Of a stretch of DNA of 64,000 nucleotides, positions 18,527-28,037 are shown one piece after another. The notes beneath the pieces are model-generated. The model ran no database searches, was not told the DNA's origin, and saw nothing but the letters and a program-made list of their open reading frames with translations. This DNA comes from an uncultured Gammaproteobacteria bacterium (GTDB lineage Bacteria; Patescibacteriota; Patescibacteriia; Magasanikbacterales; UBA922), in the NCBI GenBank assembly GCA_964394405.1, contig CAYMVY010000002.1, forward strand, positions 128,092 through 192,091, in the 5' to 3' direction. Every line of letters begins with the position of its first letter. Position 1 is the first letter of the stretch. The translations under genes were made by a program, and so were the position numbers.

Positions 18527-20017
18527 TTATTTTGCAAATTCTTTAATTGCTTCTTTTAATTCTTTTTCCACGTCCTCATTCCAGTCACCTTTCTTGATTT
18601 TTCCAAGAAGCGCTGATTTTGATTTTTTCATAAATTCAAGAAACTTCTGTTCAGTTTCCTTTACCGCTGAAACCTCAACAGCATCAAATAATCCCTGTGA
18701 CATCGCGTAGATGGATGCAACCTGCTCCTCTACTGCCTGAGGAGCATACTGAGGTTGTTTCAAAAGTTCAGTCATTCGGCGACCACGTTCGATAGATTTC
18801 TTGGTTTCTGGATCAAGATCACTTGCGAATTGTGCAAATGCTTCAAGTTCTCGGAACTGTGCAAGTCCAAGTTTCAAACTTCCTGCGACTTTTTTCATTG
18901 GTTTAATCTGTGCTGATCCTCCTACACGAGATACCGAGAGACCTACGTTTAGCGCTGGGCGGATACCACGGAAGAAGAGATCTGTTTCAAGGAAGATCTG
19001 TCCATCAGTAATCGAAATTACGTTTGTTGGAACGTATGCTGAGATATCTCCTGCCTGAGTTTCGATAATAGGTAATGCGGTAATTGATCCCCCACCATTT
19101 TCTTTATTGAGACTGCAAGCGCGCTCTAATAAGCGTGAGTGGAGATAAAATACGTCTCCAGGATATGCTTCACGTCCTGGTGGGCGTCGGAGCAAGAGTG
19201 ACATTTCGCGATATGCCCAAGCTTGCTTGGTCAAATCATCATAGATAATCAATACATCTTTTCCTTTGTCCATGAAATATTCTCCAATTGCAACTCCTGC
19301 ATATGGAGCAAGATATGACATCGGAGCAGGTTCAGATGCACCAGCAGATACTACAATTGTATAATCCATCGCTCCCGCTTCTTTCAATTTTGACACAATT
19401 CGGGCAACTTTTGATTCTTTTTGTCCAACAGCAACATAGATACAAATAATATCCTGACCTTTCTGATTGAGAATAGTATCGATTGCGATTGCGGTTTTTC
19501 CAGTCTGACGATCACCGATGATAAGCTCGCGTTGTCCACGTCCTACCGGGATGAGCGCATCAATCGCTTTGATACCAGTCTGCATCGGACGACTTACTGG
19601 TTCACGAGTCATTACACCTGGCGCAATTCGTTCTACTGGATAGAATGTTTTGGTATTAATCGCGCCCTTTCCATCAATTGGTTCACCAATCGCATTTACT
19701 ACGCGACCAATGAGTGCGTCAGCAACCGGAACAGACATGATACGTCCTGTTCTTTTTACCGTATCACCTTCTTTAATATGCTGATATGAGCCTAAGATTA
19801 CCGCACCTACAGTTTCTTCCTGCAAATTCAACGCAATACCAAACGTATTTCCTGGGAATTCCAACATTTCCTGAGCCTGACATTTCTCAAGCCCGCTCAT
19901 GCGCGCGATTCCGTCCCCAATTTCAATAACGGTACCTACTTCTTCGACCTGGACTTCTTTTTTGAACGATTCGATATTTTTCTTAAGTGATGCAATCACT
20001 TGATCGGTATATGCCAT
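18527..20017 (-). CDS. atpA: F1 ATP synthase alpha subunit
   Basis: 496 aa. P-loop GDRQTGKTA and conserved alpha motifs. Confidence 0.97.
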   Translation of the reverse strand: MAYTDQVIASLKKNIESFKKEVQVEEVGTVIEIGDGIARMSGLEKCQAQEMLEFPGNTFGIALNLQEETVGAVILGSYQHIKEGDTVKRTGRIMSVPVADALIGRVVNAIGEPIDGKGAINTKTFYPVERIAPGVMTREPVSRPMQTGIKAIDALIPVGRGQRELIIGDRQTGKTAIAIDTILNQKGQDIICIYVAVGQKESKVARIVSKLKEAGAMDYTIVVSAGASEPAPMSYLAPYAGVAIGEYFMDKGKDVLIIYDDLTKQAWAYREMSLLLRRPPGREAYPGDVFYLHSRLLERACSLNKENGGGSITALPIIETQAGDISAYVPTNVISITDGQIFLETDLFFRGIRPALNVGLSVSRVGGSAQIKPMKKVAGSLKLGLAQFRELEAFAQFASDLDPETKKSIERGRRMTELLKQPQYAPQAVEEQVASIYAMSQGLFDAVEVSAVKETEQKFLEFMKKSKSALLGKIKKGDWNEDVEKELKEAIKEFAK

Positions 20018-20030
20018 ATGATGTATGAAA

Positions 20031-20414
20031 TTATAGTTGTTGTTTTAGTTTTTCAAGCTGACCTTTGATACTTCCGTCGAAAATTTCATTTTCAGTTTTA
20101 ACCGTTATTCCTCCAAGCAGTGTTGGGTCAATCGTCACTGACGCTTCTACTTTTTCTCCAAAATGTTTACTAATTTGCTTTATTGAACTCTCTGATAATT
20201 CTCTCGCACTCATTATCTCGATCATCTGTATACCTTCAGCTTGTTTCGCATATGTTTCATACTCTTTTATGATGCGATCTGCTTTCCCTAGCATTTGCTT
20301 ACTTTGTAGAAACAGGAGGAAATTTTTTGTTACAGACTCAAGCTCAGCACCTTTCAGCCCTCTAGTGCTCTCAAATAAAATTTTTCCATATTGTTTCGTA
20401 AGCAATTTTGCCAT
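20031..20414 (-). CDS. atpH: F1 ATP synthase delta (OSCP) subunit, unusually short
   Basis: 127 aa. The C-terminus [33 protein letters not shown] matches the delta signature. The N-terminal domain is reduced. Confidence 0.7.
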   Translation of the reverse strand: MAKLLTKQYGKILFESTRGLKGAELESVTKNFLLFLQSKQMLGKADRIIKEYETYAKQAEGIQMIEIMSARELSESSIKQISKHFGEKVEASVTIDPTLLGGITVKTENEIFDGSIKGQLEKLKQQL

Positions 20415-20416
20415 AT

Positions 20417-20995
20417 TTATTTGATTGTTTTTAAAATATCCTCTACAAACTTCTTATCCTTTTTGTCATCCATTTTTTCTCCCAATACTTTTTCCATTGC
20501 AGTCACCACAATTTCTACTGTTTCTTTTCTTAGACTTGCCCGCATTTCTGTTTTTTCGACTTCAATATTTTTCTTTGCTTGCAAAACTAGCGCTTCTACC
20601 TCATCTTTGGTCTTCTGTTTCATCGTCTCCTGCACTCGTGTAGCTTCTTCTTGCGCGCCTGCAATAATCGCATTTGCTTCTTTTTTTGCTTCTTCCAATT
20701 TTTCTTGGAATTTTACTTCACTCATTTTGAGATTTGTTTCGACTTCTTTTGCACGATCAAGACTTTCATCAATAATATTTTTTCTTTCTTCCATCTTTTT
20801 TGTTAATGGTTTTAGAATCAAAAACCACAAAATTAGAGCAACAATCGCAAAATTGAGTAATTGAAATAAAAATAGCGGACCATTGATGCCAAGGCTCGCC
20901 AAAATTCCCACATCTTCTGTAGGAAGAGTGGTCTGTGATTGTGTCTCTTCTGTAACTTTTGCTAATTTCATAAAACCGTGGGACAAATAAATCAA
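20417..20995 (-). CDS. atpF: Fo ATP synthase b subunit (copy 1)
   Basis: 192 aa. One N-terminal TM, then a long charged coiled coil. Confidence 0.8.
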   Translation of the reverse strand: MIYLSHGFMKLAKVTEETQSQTTLPTEDVGILASLGINGPLFLFQLLNFAIVALILWFLILKPLTKKMEERKNIIDESLDRAKEVETNLKMSEVKFQEKLEEAKKEANAIIAGAQEEATRVQETMKQKTKDEVEALVLQAKKNIEVEKTEMRASLRKETVEIVVTAMEKVLGEKMDDKKDKKFVEDILKTIK

Positions 20996-21030
20996 TGTGG
21001 TATCCCGACATCGTCAGGATACCAGTCGAA

Positions 21031-21315
<285 letters not shown>

Positions 21316-21353
21316 TTAACCTCGCGGTGCAGTCTCTGATTAAAGAATAATAT

Positions 21354-21377
21354 GGTAGAAAAATATTTTCTTCTACC
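21354..21377 (-). other. Hairpin within the atpB-atpE spacer (ggtagaa aaatatt ttcttctacc)
   Basis: 7-8 bp inverted repeat inside the 127-nt intra-operon spacer. A possible processing or attenuation element. Confidence 0.3.
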
Positions 21378-21388
21378 AAGAATACTCT

Positions 21389-22174
21389 CTAATGAGCTTC
21401 AGCGCCATGTGGTGCCTGACTATTCACGGTCAAATATACCAAGGTAAGCATTGCAAATACGCTTGCCTGAATCAACCCAACTAATAGCTCAAGTAACATA
21501 AATGGCGCAGGAACAACAGCGGCAACAAGTGCCGACATTACCGTAATCAAAACTTCTCCTGCAAAAATGTTTCCAAATAAACGAAGTGAAAGAGATAATA
21601 CTTTTGCTGCCTCACTAATGATTTCTAGAATTCCTACCCCAAATTCTATGAGTGCAGTCAAAATTGCCATGGGTCCTTTTGGAATACTTTTAATGACCCC
21701 GCCAATCTGGATAAATTTACCTAAGTGTGTGAATACACCAATAGCGAGAAAAGCATAGACATGGGACGCAATTACTGCAACTAGTGCCATAACAAGCGTA
21801 AGATTCAAATCAGAATTTGCGGGGCGAAGTACCATATTATGCCCGAGCGTAATACTTCCCGTACCAGGTAAAAGACCCAACCAATTGGAAAGTAAAATAA
21901 AAAAGAAGATCGATCCAACTATTGGTAAAAAGCGAATAGTTTTTTTTCGATCTCCTGTGACTTGGTCGAAATATGGGAGTAATAGTTCTAGAATATATTC
22001 AAATCCATTTTGCAATTTTCCTGGTCGCATCAGCACATTACGTTTAATCATGATTCCTACTATCAGTAAAATGATGATTGCAATCCAAACATTCACAACT
22101 GTATTGGTAACCGGAACTGGTCCCATCTGGAACAATACTTCTGGTGCAAGTGTTGGAATGTGGATTTCCGCCAT
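21389..22174 (-). CDS. atpB: Fo ATP synthase a subunit (copy 1)
   Basis: 261 aa. Conserved LSLSLRLFGNIFAGEVL with the essential Arg. Confidence 0.9.
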   Translation of the reverse strand: MAEIHIPTLAPEVLFQMGPVPVTNTVVNVWIAIIILLIVGIMIKRNVLMRPGKLQNGFEYILELLLPYFDQVTGDRKKTIRFLPIVGSIFFFILLSNWLGLLPGTGSITLGHNMVLRPANSDLNLTLVMALVAVIASHVYAFLAIGVFTHLGKFIQIGGVIKSIPKGPMAILTALIEFGVGILEIISEAAKVLSLSLRLFGNIFAGEVLITVMSALVAAVVPAPFMLLELLVGLIQASVFAMLTLVYLTVNSQAPHGAEAH

Positions 22175-22177
22175 ATA

Positions 22178-22468
22178 CTATTCACTTTGATTCTTATCTT
22201 TTTCTATAGCCTGATATTTTGTATTGTATTCTTTTGCTTTCTTATAGATCAGTTTCCCTGAGACGAGCGCAGCAAGAGCAAAGGCTGTAACCGTAAACCA
22301 TGGTGCGTACCCATATTTCCCCTCCAGCCATTGTCCGATAAGAACGAATCCAACTACAGGTATTGCTATGGTTGCCCCAAAATCTCCGATAATAGCTAAG
22401 CCCAGCATTACATACTCTCGATCAGTCGATTTTTTAGGGTTTTTAGTCTCCATACAAAGCGTCCTCAA
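22178..22468 (-). CDS. AtpZ/AtpI-like small membrane protein (ATPase_gene1 family)
   Basis: 96 aa. AIPVVGFVLIGQWLEGKYGYAPWFT matches the GxWLD...PWF pattern of atp operon leader proteins. Confidence 0.6.
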   Translation of the reverse strand: MRTLCMETKNPKKSTDREYVMLGLAIIGDFGATIAIPVVGFVLIGQWLEGKYGYAPWFTVTAFALAALVSGKLIYKKAKEYNTKYQAIEKDKNQSE

Positions 22469-22474
22469 GTGTAG

Positions 22475-22503
22475 AGGAAAAATCGCTATTTGTCAATATA
22501 TTT
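22475..22503 (-). promoter_or_regulatory. Candidate promoter TTGACA-17-TACACT upstream of atpZ-atpB (minus strand)
   Basis: Reverse complement reads ttgacaaatagcgatttttcctctacact, followed by GAGGA and the atpZ start. Confidence 0.3.
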
Positions 22504-22582
22504 TTATGTTTATCCCCATGTGTAGGGTTATAGTATACCTGCCCCATATAGTACTTTCTTTACAATACCCTCATTCATAACA

Positions 22583-22613
22583 ATAAAAGAGCTCTATTAG
22601 AACTCTTTTATTG
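22583..22613 (-). terminator. Palindromic terminator downstream of the second Fo module (aataaaagag ctctattag aactcttttatt)
   Basis: Perfect 10-bp stem with A/T-run arms. It separates the two Fo modules into distinct transcription units. Confidence 0.45.
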
Positions 22614-22634
22614 TCTTTACAAAAACCTGACACA

Positions 22635-23147
22635 CTAGGACTTTTGCATGTCAGAAATCAATCGGTTGGTCAGTTGTGTATCAATCGCGTCTGTAACCCC
22701 TTCTCCTAGTACTTTTTCTACGGCACCCACCACTAATTCAGCAGTCTCTTTGCGTAGTTCATATTGCATCTGCTCTTTCTCTGCCGCAATCGTAGTTTTT
22801 GCTTGTGCAACAATTCCTGCCACATCCTCTTTTGCTCTCTGCCGCATACTTTCAGCTAGTACTGATGATTCGGTAACCGCCTGCCCAATAATACTATTTG
22901 CCTGTTTTTTTGCATCTTCAAGTATTTCTTCTGAATTACGCCGTGCCATTGCCACATCCATCTCAGATTTTTTAAAATTTTCTTCTGTTTCTTCTGCCAT
23001 ACGCTTACGATCTTCAATCACTTTTAGTATCGGCACAAAAAATAGACGTTTGAGAATATAAAATACAAGCAAAAAATTAATGAGGTTGAAAAGCGCCATT
23101 TTCCACTCAAATCCTACTTTCCCTAATGTCTCTAGAATATACTCCAT
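22635..23147 (-). CDS. atpF: Fo ATP synthase b subunit (copy 2)
   Basis: 170 aa. N-terminal TM plus charged coiled coil. Paralogous to 20417-20995. Confidence 0.75.
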   Translation of the reverse strand: MEYILETLGKVGFEWKMALFNLINFLLVFYILKRLFFVPILKVIEDRKRMAEETEENFKKSEMDVAMARRNSEEILEDAKKQANSIIGQAVTESSVLAESMRQRAKEDVAGIVAQAKTTIAAEKEQMQYELRKETAELVVGAVEKVLGEGVTDAIDTQLTNRLISDMQKS

Positions 23148-23171
23148 AGTTCGGTGACGTAGCTCAATTTA

Positions 23172-23387
23172 CTAGATAATAAAGAATGCTACGAATGCGT
23201 AAATCGCGGTTGATTCTGCAAGTGCTACGCCGATGATCATTTTGGTGAATAAGCTGTTCTCAACCATTGGATTTCTTCCAATAGCCTCGAAAGCTTTACC
23301 AATAAGATACCCCTCACCTATTGCTGAACCAAACATTGACAAAGTTGCCATCCCCTTTGCAATTAATCGTGCTGCTTCGATTTCCAT
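23172..23387 (-). CDS. atpE: Fo ATP synthase c subunit (copy 2, Na+-binding signature)
   Basis: 71 aa. Helix 1 AIGEGYLIGKAFEAIGRNP and helix 2 VALAESTAIYAFV. The E/ES-T/Y ligand set corresponds to I. tartaricus Q32/E65/S66/T67/Y70. Confidence 0.85.
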   Translation of the reverse strand: MEIEAARLIAKGMATLSMFGSAIGEGYLIGKAFEAIGRNPMVENSLFTKMIIGVALAESTAIYAFVAFFII

Positions 23388-23457
23388 ATAGTTATATTTA
23401 CACTATTAAATTAAATAAAAAACATATTATCACCAATCGAGTAGTCAATTGGTAATA

Positions 23458-24249
23458 TTATGTTTTCTGTTGTTCCTGCGTTGCCACTGCGAGTGTAATG
23501 TATGCAGCTGTCAACGAACCAAACACCATCGCCTGCAATACCCCGACTAGGAGGTTCATTGCAGTCCATGGTGCTGGTACGAGCACTGCAAGTGCTCCTA
23601 GGAATATCGCTGCCAAAACTTCGCCCGCATACATATTTCCAAACAAACGCAACGAAAGGGAGATGACTTTTGCAAATTCTGAAACAATATCCAATAATCC
23701 AATAAAAAAGTCAATAATCGCGAGCATTCCTGCACCAACACCTTTTCTGAAACCTTCAAATATTTCTTTTATTTTCACAAATTTTCCAATGTGTCCAAAT
23801 AATCCAAAATCTCTAATACTCATCACATTTGCGAGTATGACCATCGCGAGCGCGATACTAAATGTCATGTTGAAATCATTGGTAGGGGTGCGGAAAAGCG
23901 AAACCCCATTGTATGTGATTGCCGAGAGACCTGGGATTAGCGTGACGATATTTGAAAAACCCAAGAAAAGAAATAATGCACCAATCAGGGGGAGTAATTT
24001 TTTTGCAAGTTTCTCATTTCCGGTAATTGATGTAAGTAACCCTACAAATACTTCAACAATCTTTTCCACCAATGCTTGGAACGAAGTAGGCACATTGTTT
24101 TTTCTTCTGTATATTGAAAGTGAAATACATAAGAAAAATAACGTAACCATTACCCCCATAAGCATTGCATTGGTAAATTCAAAACTCCCAATCGAGAATA
24201 TCGTCTCTGGGCGAATTGAGATTTGTTCTGAAGGTACTTGCAGAAACAT
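23458..24249 (-). CDS. atpB: Fo ATP synthase a subunit (copy 2)
   Basis: 263 aa. Conserved ISLSLRLFGNMYAGEVL with Arg. Confidence 0.85.
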   Translation of the reverse strand: MFLQVPSEQISIRPETIFSIGSFEFTNAMLMGVMVTLFFLCISLSIYRRKNNVPTSFQALVEKIVEVFVGLLTSITGNEKLAKKLLPLIGALFLFLGFSNIVTLIPGLSAITYNGVSLFRTPTNDFNMTFSIALAMVILANVMSIRDFGLFGHIGKFVKIKEIFEGFRKGVGAGMLAIIDFFIGLLDIVSEFAKVISLSLRLFGNMYAGEVLAAIFLGALAVLVPAPWTAMNLLVGVLQAMVFGSLTAAYITLAVATQEQQKT

Positions 24250-24250
24250 A

Positions 24251-24613
24251 TTACTCTGGTTGTTTTTTTTCTTCTACATCTTTCTCTCCCTGATCAATCG
24301 CCTTGCGCTCTTTTTCAAGCTTAAGATACATTCGGATCACGAGTGTCCATGATAGTATAAATGTGAAAACCAGTGTGAGAACTGAACCTAAGGGGCGCAT
24401 ATTGAATCTGGTATCCAAATACTTACCCAAAAAATACCCCGAAACTGCAGGAATTCCAAAAATAAACAAAATTCGAAGCATCAAAACAAATGTTTTGTGC
24501 TGAAAGGCTTCCCTTTTTTGCTGATTATTTTGTATATCCATATTATTGAAAACCACATAAGCATATACAAAAAATACCATCTCGTCAATGGTATTTTTTG
24601 GTTTATGCACCAT
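24251..24613 (-). CDS. AtpZ/AtpI-like small membrane protein (second copy, divergent)
   Basis: 120 aa. LRILFIFGIPAVSGYFLGKYLDTRFN resembles the ATPase_gene1 GxxLD motif. It heads the second Fo module. Confidence 0.45.
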   Translation of the reverse strand: MVHKPKNTIDEMVFFVYAYVVFNNMDIQNNQQKREAFQHKTFVLMLRILFIFGIPAVSGYFLGKYLDTRFNMRPLGSVLTLVFTFILSWTLVIRMYLKLEKERKAIDQGEKDVEEKKQPE

Positions 24614-24620
24614 CTAGACA

Positions 24621-25478
24621 TCATATCTTAATACGCGAAAATAGACTCATGGTATTATGCTCGATCTGTTTTATCATCTTAGAGACGTCTACACCCCTAA
24701 CCGATGCAAACTTCTTGATCACTTCCTCAACCATCCAGGGTTCGCATTGCTCTCCTCTATAGGCCTGGGGGGCTAAGAATGGCGCATCAGTTTCAACCAA
24801 AATTCGATCAAGCGGGATATTCTGTAACACCTTCTCAAGCTCTAGCTGGGGTCCTGGATTGGTCTTCTTTGCAGGAAATGTAACTACTCCGGTAAAACCG
24901 AGATTAAACCCAAGCTCGAGATATTGTTCTGCTTCCACCCAATTTCCGGTGTAGCAATGTACTACTCCACGAATGAGTGTTCCTTTTTCTTTTTTAATTT
25001 CTCGCAATAGTTCAATCATTTCACCATGTGCATCTCGTACATGCATAACAAGTGGTAGACCGAACTCACTCGCCACCTCATAATGTTTTTTAAACACTTC
25101 TTTTTGTGCCGAGAGAATTAATTCTTCTGACTGATCTTTGGGAATATGAAATCGATCAAGTCCTGTTTCACCCACTGCGATTACTCGTGGATTTTTCGCA
25201 AGTTCACGATAAAACTCTGGATTAAAATCTTCTCCACGTGAAGTAAAATTGGTAGTTTCTTCATATACATCTACTTCGTGGATATGAATCGGATGAAGGC
25301 CGATTGTTGCATACATCCAATCATACTTTTCTGCCATCTCCACACCTTTTTTACTGGTACTTTCCTGAGTACCAACCAAATTCAAAATCATGCCCTTTTC
25401 TTTTGTACGAGCAATAACCTCATCTCGATTATTCTCGAATGCTTTGAAATGAATGTGGCAATGGGTATCAATCATCAT
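24621..25478 (-). CDS. tatD: TatD-family metal-dependent hydrolase (DNase)
   Basis: 285 aa. N-terminal DTHCHI and conserved His/Glu/Asp ligands of the TIM-barrel TatD fold. TGA stop. Confidence 0.9.
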   Translation of the reverse strand: MMIDTHCHIHFKAFENNRDEVIARTKEKGMILNLVGTQESTSKKGVEMAEKYDWMYATIGLHPIHIHEVDVYEETTNFTSRGEDFNPEFYRELAKNPRVIAVGETGLDRFHIPKDQSEELILSAQKEVFKKHYEVASEFGLPLVMHVRDAHGEMIELLREIKKEKGTLIRGVVHCYTGNWVEAEQYLELGFNLGFTGVVTFPAKKTNPGPQLELEKVLQNIPLDRILVETDAPFLAPQAYRGEQCEPWMVEEVIKKFASVRGVDVSKMIKQIEHNTMSLFSRIKI

Positions 25479-26008
25479 AGTGAACTTTCTATTTTATCTA
25501 CCGTAGTTTCAAGAGCACGTAGTGCTTCTGGAAATAATGGTATAAGTAAGGACGCAAACGCAATTACTGAAGGCGCGAATGTGGACGTAAGAATCGAATC
25601 CATCACTCGATCACCAAGAGGAAATTTATCAATAAAGTAGAGCACTAGTCCGATAGTGAGAATTCCTTCTGCAGCACCGACAATCATACCAAGGAATCGG
25701 TTTAAGGCTTTTTTGAATGGAATGGGAATAATGAATCCACCAATTTTTCCAATCAGCCAGAACGCAGCGCCAATTGCACGAGTGATAATAAAGAATATAA
25801 CAATAAACATGACCACACGTGACACATTTTCTCCCCAACCGACTGTATTCATGAGCCACTGTGCCCCGCCTTCATAATATCTGCTTGCAATATACGCTCC
25901 TACAACTGTGCCAAAAAGTGAGCCAAGAGTATGAAATAGCCCAAACCACAAACCGCCCAGTGCAAACAGGGCGGTAATGATGATAATAATGATGTCGAGC
26001 ATGTTCAT
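25475..26008 (-). CDS. cvpA: CvpA-family membrane protein
   Basis: 177 aa, four TM, CvpA-like (IITALFALGGLWFG...). 4-nt overlap with tatD. Confidence 0.75.
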   Translation of the reverse strand: MNMLDIIIIIITALFALGGLWFGLFHTLGSLFGTVVGAYIASRYYEGGAQWLMNTVGWGENVSRVVMFIVIFFIITRAIGAAFWLIGKIGGFIIPIPFKKALNRFLGMIVGAAEGILTIGLVLYFIDKFPLGDRVMDSILTSTFAPSVIAFASLLIPLFPEALRALETTVDKIESSL

Positions 26009-26039
26009 ATATTCATGGCTGCCCGAACTGTGTTTTCAA

Positions 26040-26624
26040 CTAGTTCAAGACAAGAGAATCGAAAAAGTGTGCGGATGGAACTTCATACCCAGCATCGTAT
26101 GCATAGTTCAGTGCATAGAATTTGTTTCCATTCAAAACATGTCTTCCTTTGAAGTATCCGACACCTCCCTGGACACTGATGAGATAATCCATTGCAGGAT
26201 AACCCTGGTAAGTAACGCTCTCAACTGAAGTTACCTCGCCACCTAGAGATGCTGCTACAATGTCTACACTGTTGAGTAATAATTCTTCGGTATTTGAAAG
26301 ATCATAGTCTTCTGGATATTCGGTAAACATGGACTGCCAGATACTCTGGTCTTCTGCTGTATATTGATAAATATAGGTAGGAATTGATCTACCATCTTTC
26401 AGTGCCATTGCCCCTTCTGAATACATTGGTGGCATTGGGAAATACACCCCATAGTTACCCTGCTCAAAGGTGAAATTTGCGGAATAATCAGTGTTTTCTT
26501 CGGATAACTGAACTTCGCTGACAGGCCCAGTTGTAGAATCATCCTGTGACCACATCACCACGAGAATGATTACTACCAAGACACCACCGAGAATCAGCGC
26601 TTTCTTCATTAAATTATTTACCAT
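26040..26624 (-). CDS. Hypothetical membrane-anchored secreted protein (paralog of 37345-37920)
   Basis: 194 aa. N-terminal TM, then shared motifs YQYTAEDQSIWQ, TEYP, YQGYPAMDY, FKGR, FFDSL. Confidence 0.5.
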   Translation of the reverse strand: MVNNLMKKALILGGVLVVIILVVMWSQDDSTTGPVSEVQLSEENTDYSANFTFEQGNYGVYFPMPPMYSEGAMALKDGRSIPTYIYQYTAEDQSIWQSMFTEYPEDYDLSNTEELLLNSVDIVAASLGGEVTSVESVTYQGYPAMDYLISVQGGVGYFKGRHVLNGNKFYALNYAYDAGYEVPSAHFFDSLVLN

Positions 26625-26719
26625 ACATATGGTTTAAAAAATTATAGATTTTAGTATAGCGTATTTGAGATTTGAGTACAAATGGGGGCTTAGATAGAGT
26701 CGAAAGGAATTCAAATTCG

Positions 26720-27031
26720 TTAGACCCGTCCAATTTGTGCTCTATTCTTGAAATAATTTCGAATCATCCAGATTATGCTTCCGAGAAACCAAAATAAAAG
26801 TGTATAAAAAATGAATAGAAAAATAATGATAGAAACTATGGGATGAAACAGCGTAAATTGAAACCCAGAGACCATGTTGATAGGTGCATAAAACAAAGAT
26901 ACAGCGGTTTCATTACAAACCATGGTAATACTATTACACCAAAACAAACTAATCATTGAGAGCGCTGAAAATGTAAAACCAGAGAATAAAAACCAAAATT
27001 GAATTCTTTTTGGAGGAAAGGTTAGTTTCAT
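26720..27031 (-). CDS. Small hypothetical membrane protein (FPPKRIQ ... IWMIRN family, copy 1)
   Basis: 103 aa, two to three TM. Shares N- and C-terminal motifs with the adjacent gene. Confidence 0.4.
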   Translation of the reverse strand: MKLTFPPKRIQFWFLFSGFTFSALSMISLFWCNSITMVCNETAVSLFYAPINMVSGFQFTLFHPIVSIIIFLFIFYTLLFWFLGSIIWMIRNYFKNRAQIGRV

Positions 27032-27405
27032 ATTTTTTTATTTCTATTTCGAATCATCCAAATTACATACCCGATAAACCATGTTATAGGACCATAAAAT
27101 ATTATTGGTGGCGTCACTAAAAATAATAACATAAATGGTTTTGAAAAGAATATGGATGGAGCGTTTTGTAATAACTCAGCAGATTTCAAATAAGGAAAAT
27201 AGGAAAAACTTTGCATTTCTTTGAAGAATGAATGGCATTCTATTCTATACTCACCACACTTTCGATAATCAATGATGTCCTCCCCTAGGGAGAAAGCAAC
27301 TAGCCACACCCCCAGACTTGCTAACAAGCTAATTATTTGAATTTTCTTAGGAGGAAAGCGCGGTTTTACAATTTGAACTTCATTTGGGGGAGAAATTATT
27401 TTCAT
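27028..27405 (-). CDS. Small hypothetical membrane protein (FPPKKIQ ... IWMIRN family, copy 2)
   Basis: 125 aa. Tandem paralog of 26720-27031 with a 4-nt overlap. Confidence 0.4.
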   Translation of the reverse strand: MKIISPPNEVQIVKPRFPPKKIQIISLLASLGVWLVAFSLGEDIIDYRKCGEYRIECHSFFKEMQSFSYFPYLKSAELLQNAPSIFFSKPFMLLFLVTPPIIFYGPITWFIGYVIWMIRNRNKKI

Positions 27406-27413
27406 ACCTCTTA

Positions 27414-28034
27414 TTATTTAATAAAAAGCATAAAAAATAAACAAGCCAATAGACTTAAATTAACCGCCACCAAAAGAACGACCCTCATGGCATAAAAAGT
27501 TGAGGTATCTTGTAGCTTCTTATAACCGAATCGTTTTCTGTAATAGTTATGATAGCTGTAACGGTAGAGAATGTGTAGCACCCAAATTAATTGACTCATT
27601 AAGACACTAATCAGTAGCAAAACCACGACTATAACCTTTCCCCAAAAGGGGCAAGGACTCGCAGAACTAAGACAATATGTATGGGTCGTGCTAATACTAA
27701 TGGTAGTAATTAATAAACCAATCAACAATAGTAACAGGATTACTAACCATTTTTTATATTTTCCCAGAGGACTATTTGGCGATACAGCTGATTCTTTGAT
27801 TAAACGAAAGTCAGAAGTGCTTTTTTTACTTATCAATACCAAGATTAAACTGAGAATAAAAATACCAAACATAGACAAAACCTGTGTTTTATCTACTATT
27901 AGTTCGCATTTTGGATTATCCCAAATTCTACATATATGATTTGGATTATCACTACTTATTCCAAATGCTATTGATGCTAAAATAAAGATAAATAATGCAA
28001 TTTTTTGATAGGACGTGAATTTATTTGGTTCCAT
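27414..28034 (-). CDS. Hypothetical polytopic membrane protein
   Basis: 206 aa, about five TM, no motifs. Confidence 0.4.
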   Translation of the reverse strand: MEPNKFTSYQKIALFIFILASIAFGISSDNPNHICRIWDNPKCELIVDKTQVLSMFGIFILSLILVLISKKSTSDFRLIKESAVSPNSPLGKYKKWLVILLLLLIGLLITTISISTTHTYCLSSASPCPFWGKVIVVVLLLISVLMSQLIWVLHILYRYSYHNYYRKRFGYKKLQDTSTFYAMRVVLLVAVNLSLLACLFFMLFIK

Positions 28035-28037
28035 ATA

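Noticed and set aside
23498-24352. 284-aa plus-strand ORF opposite atpB copy 2
   Set aside because: Antisense to a clearly conserved gene. Low-complexity Ser/Asn/Ile-rich translation.
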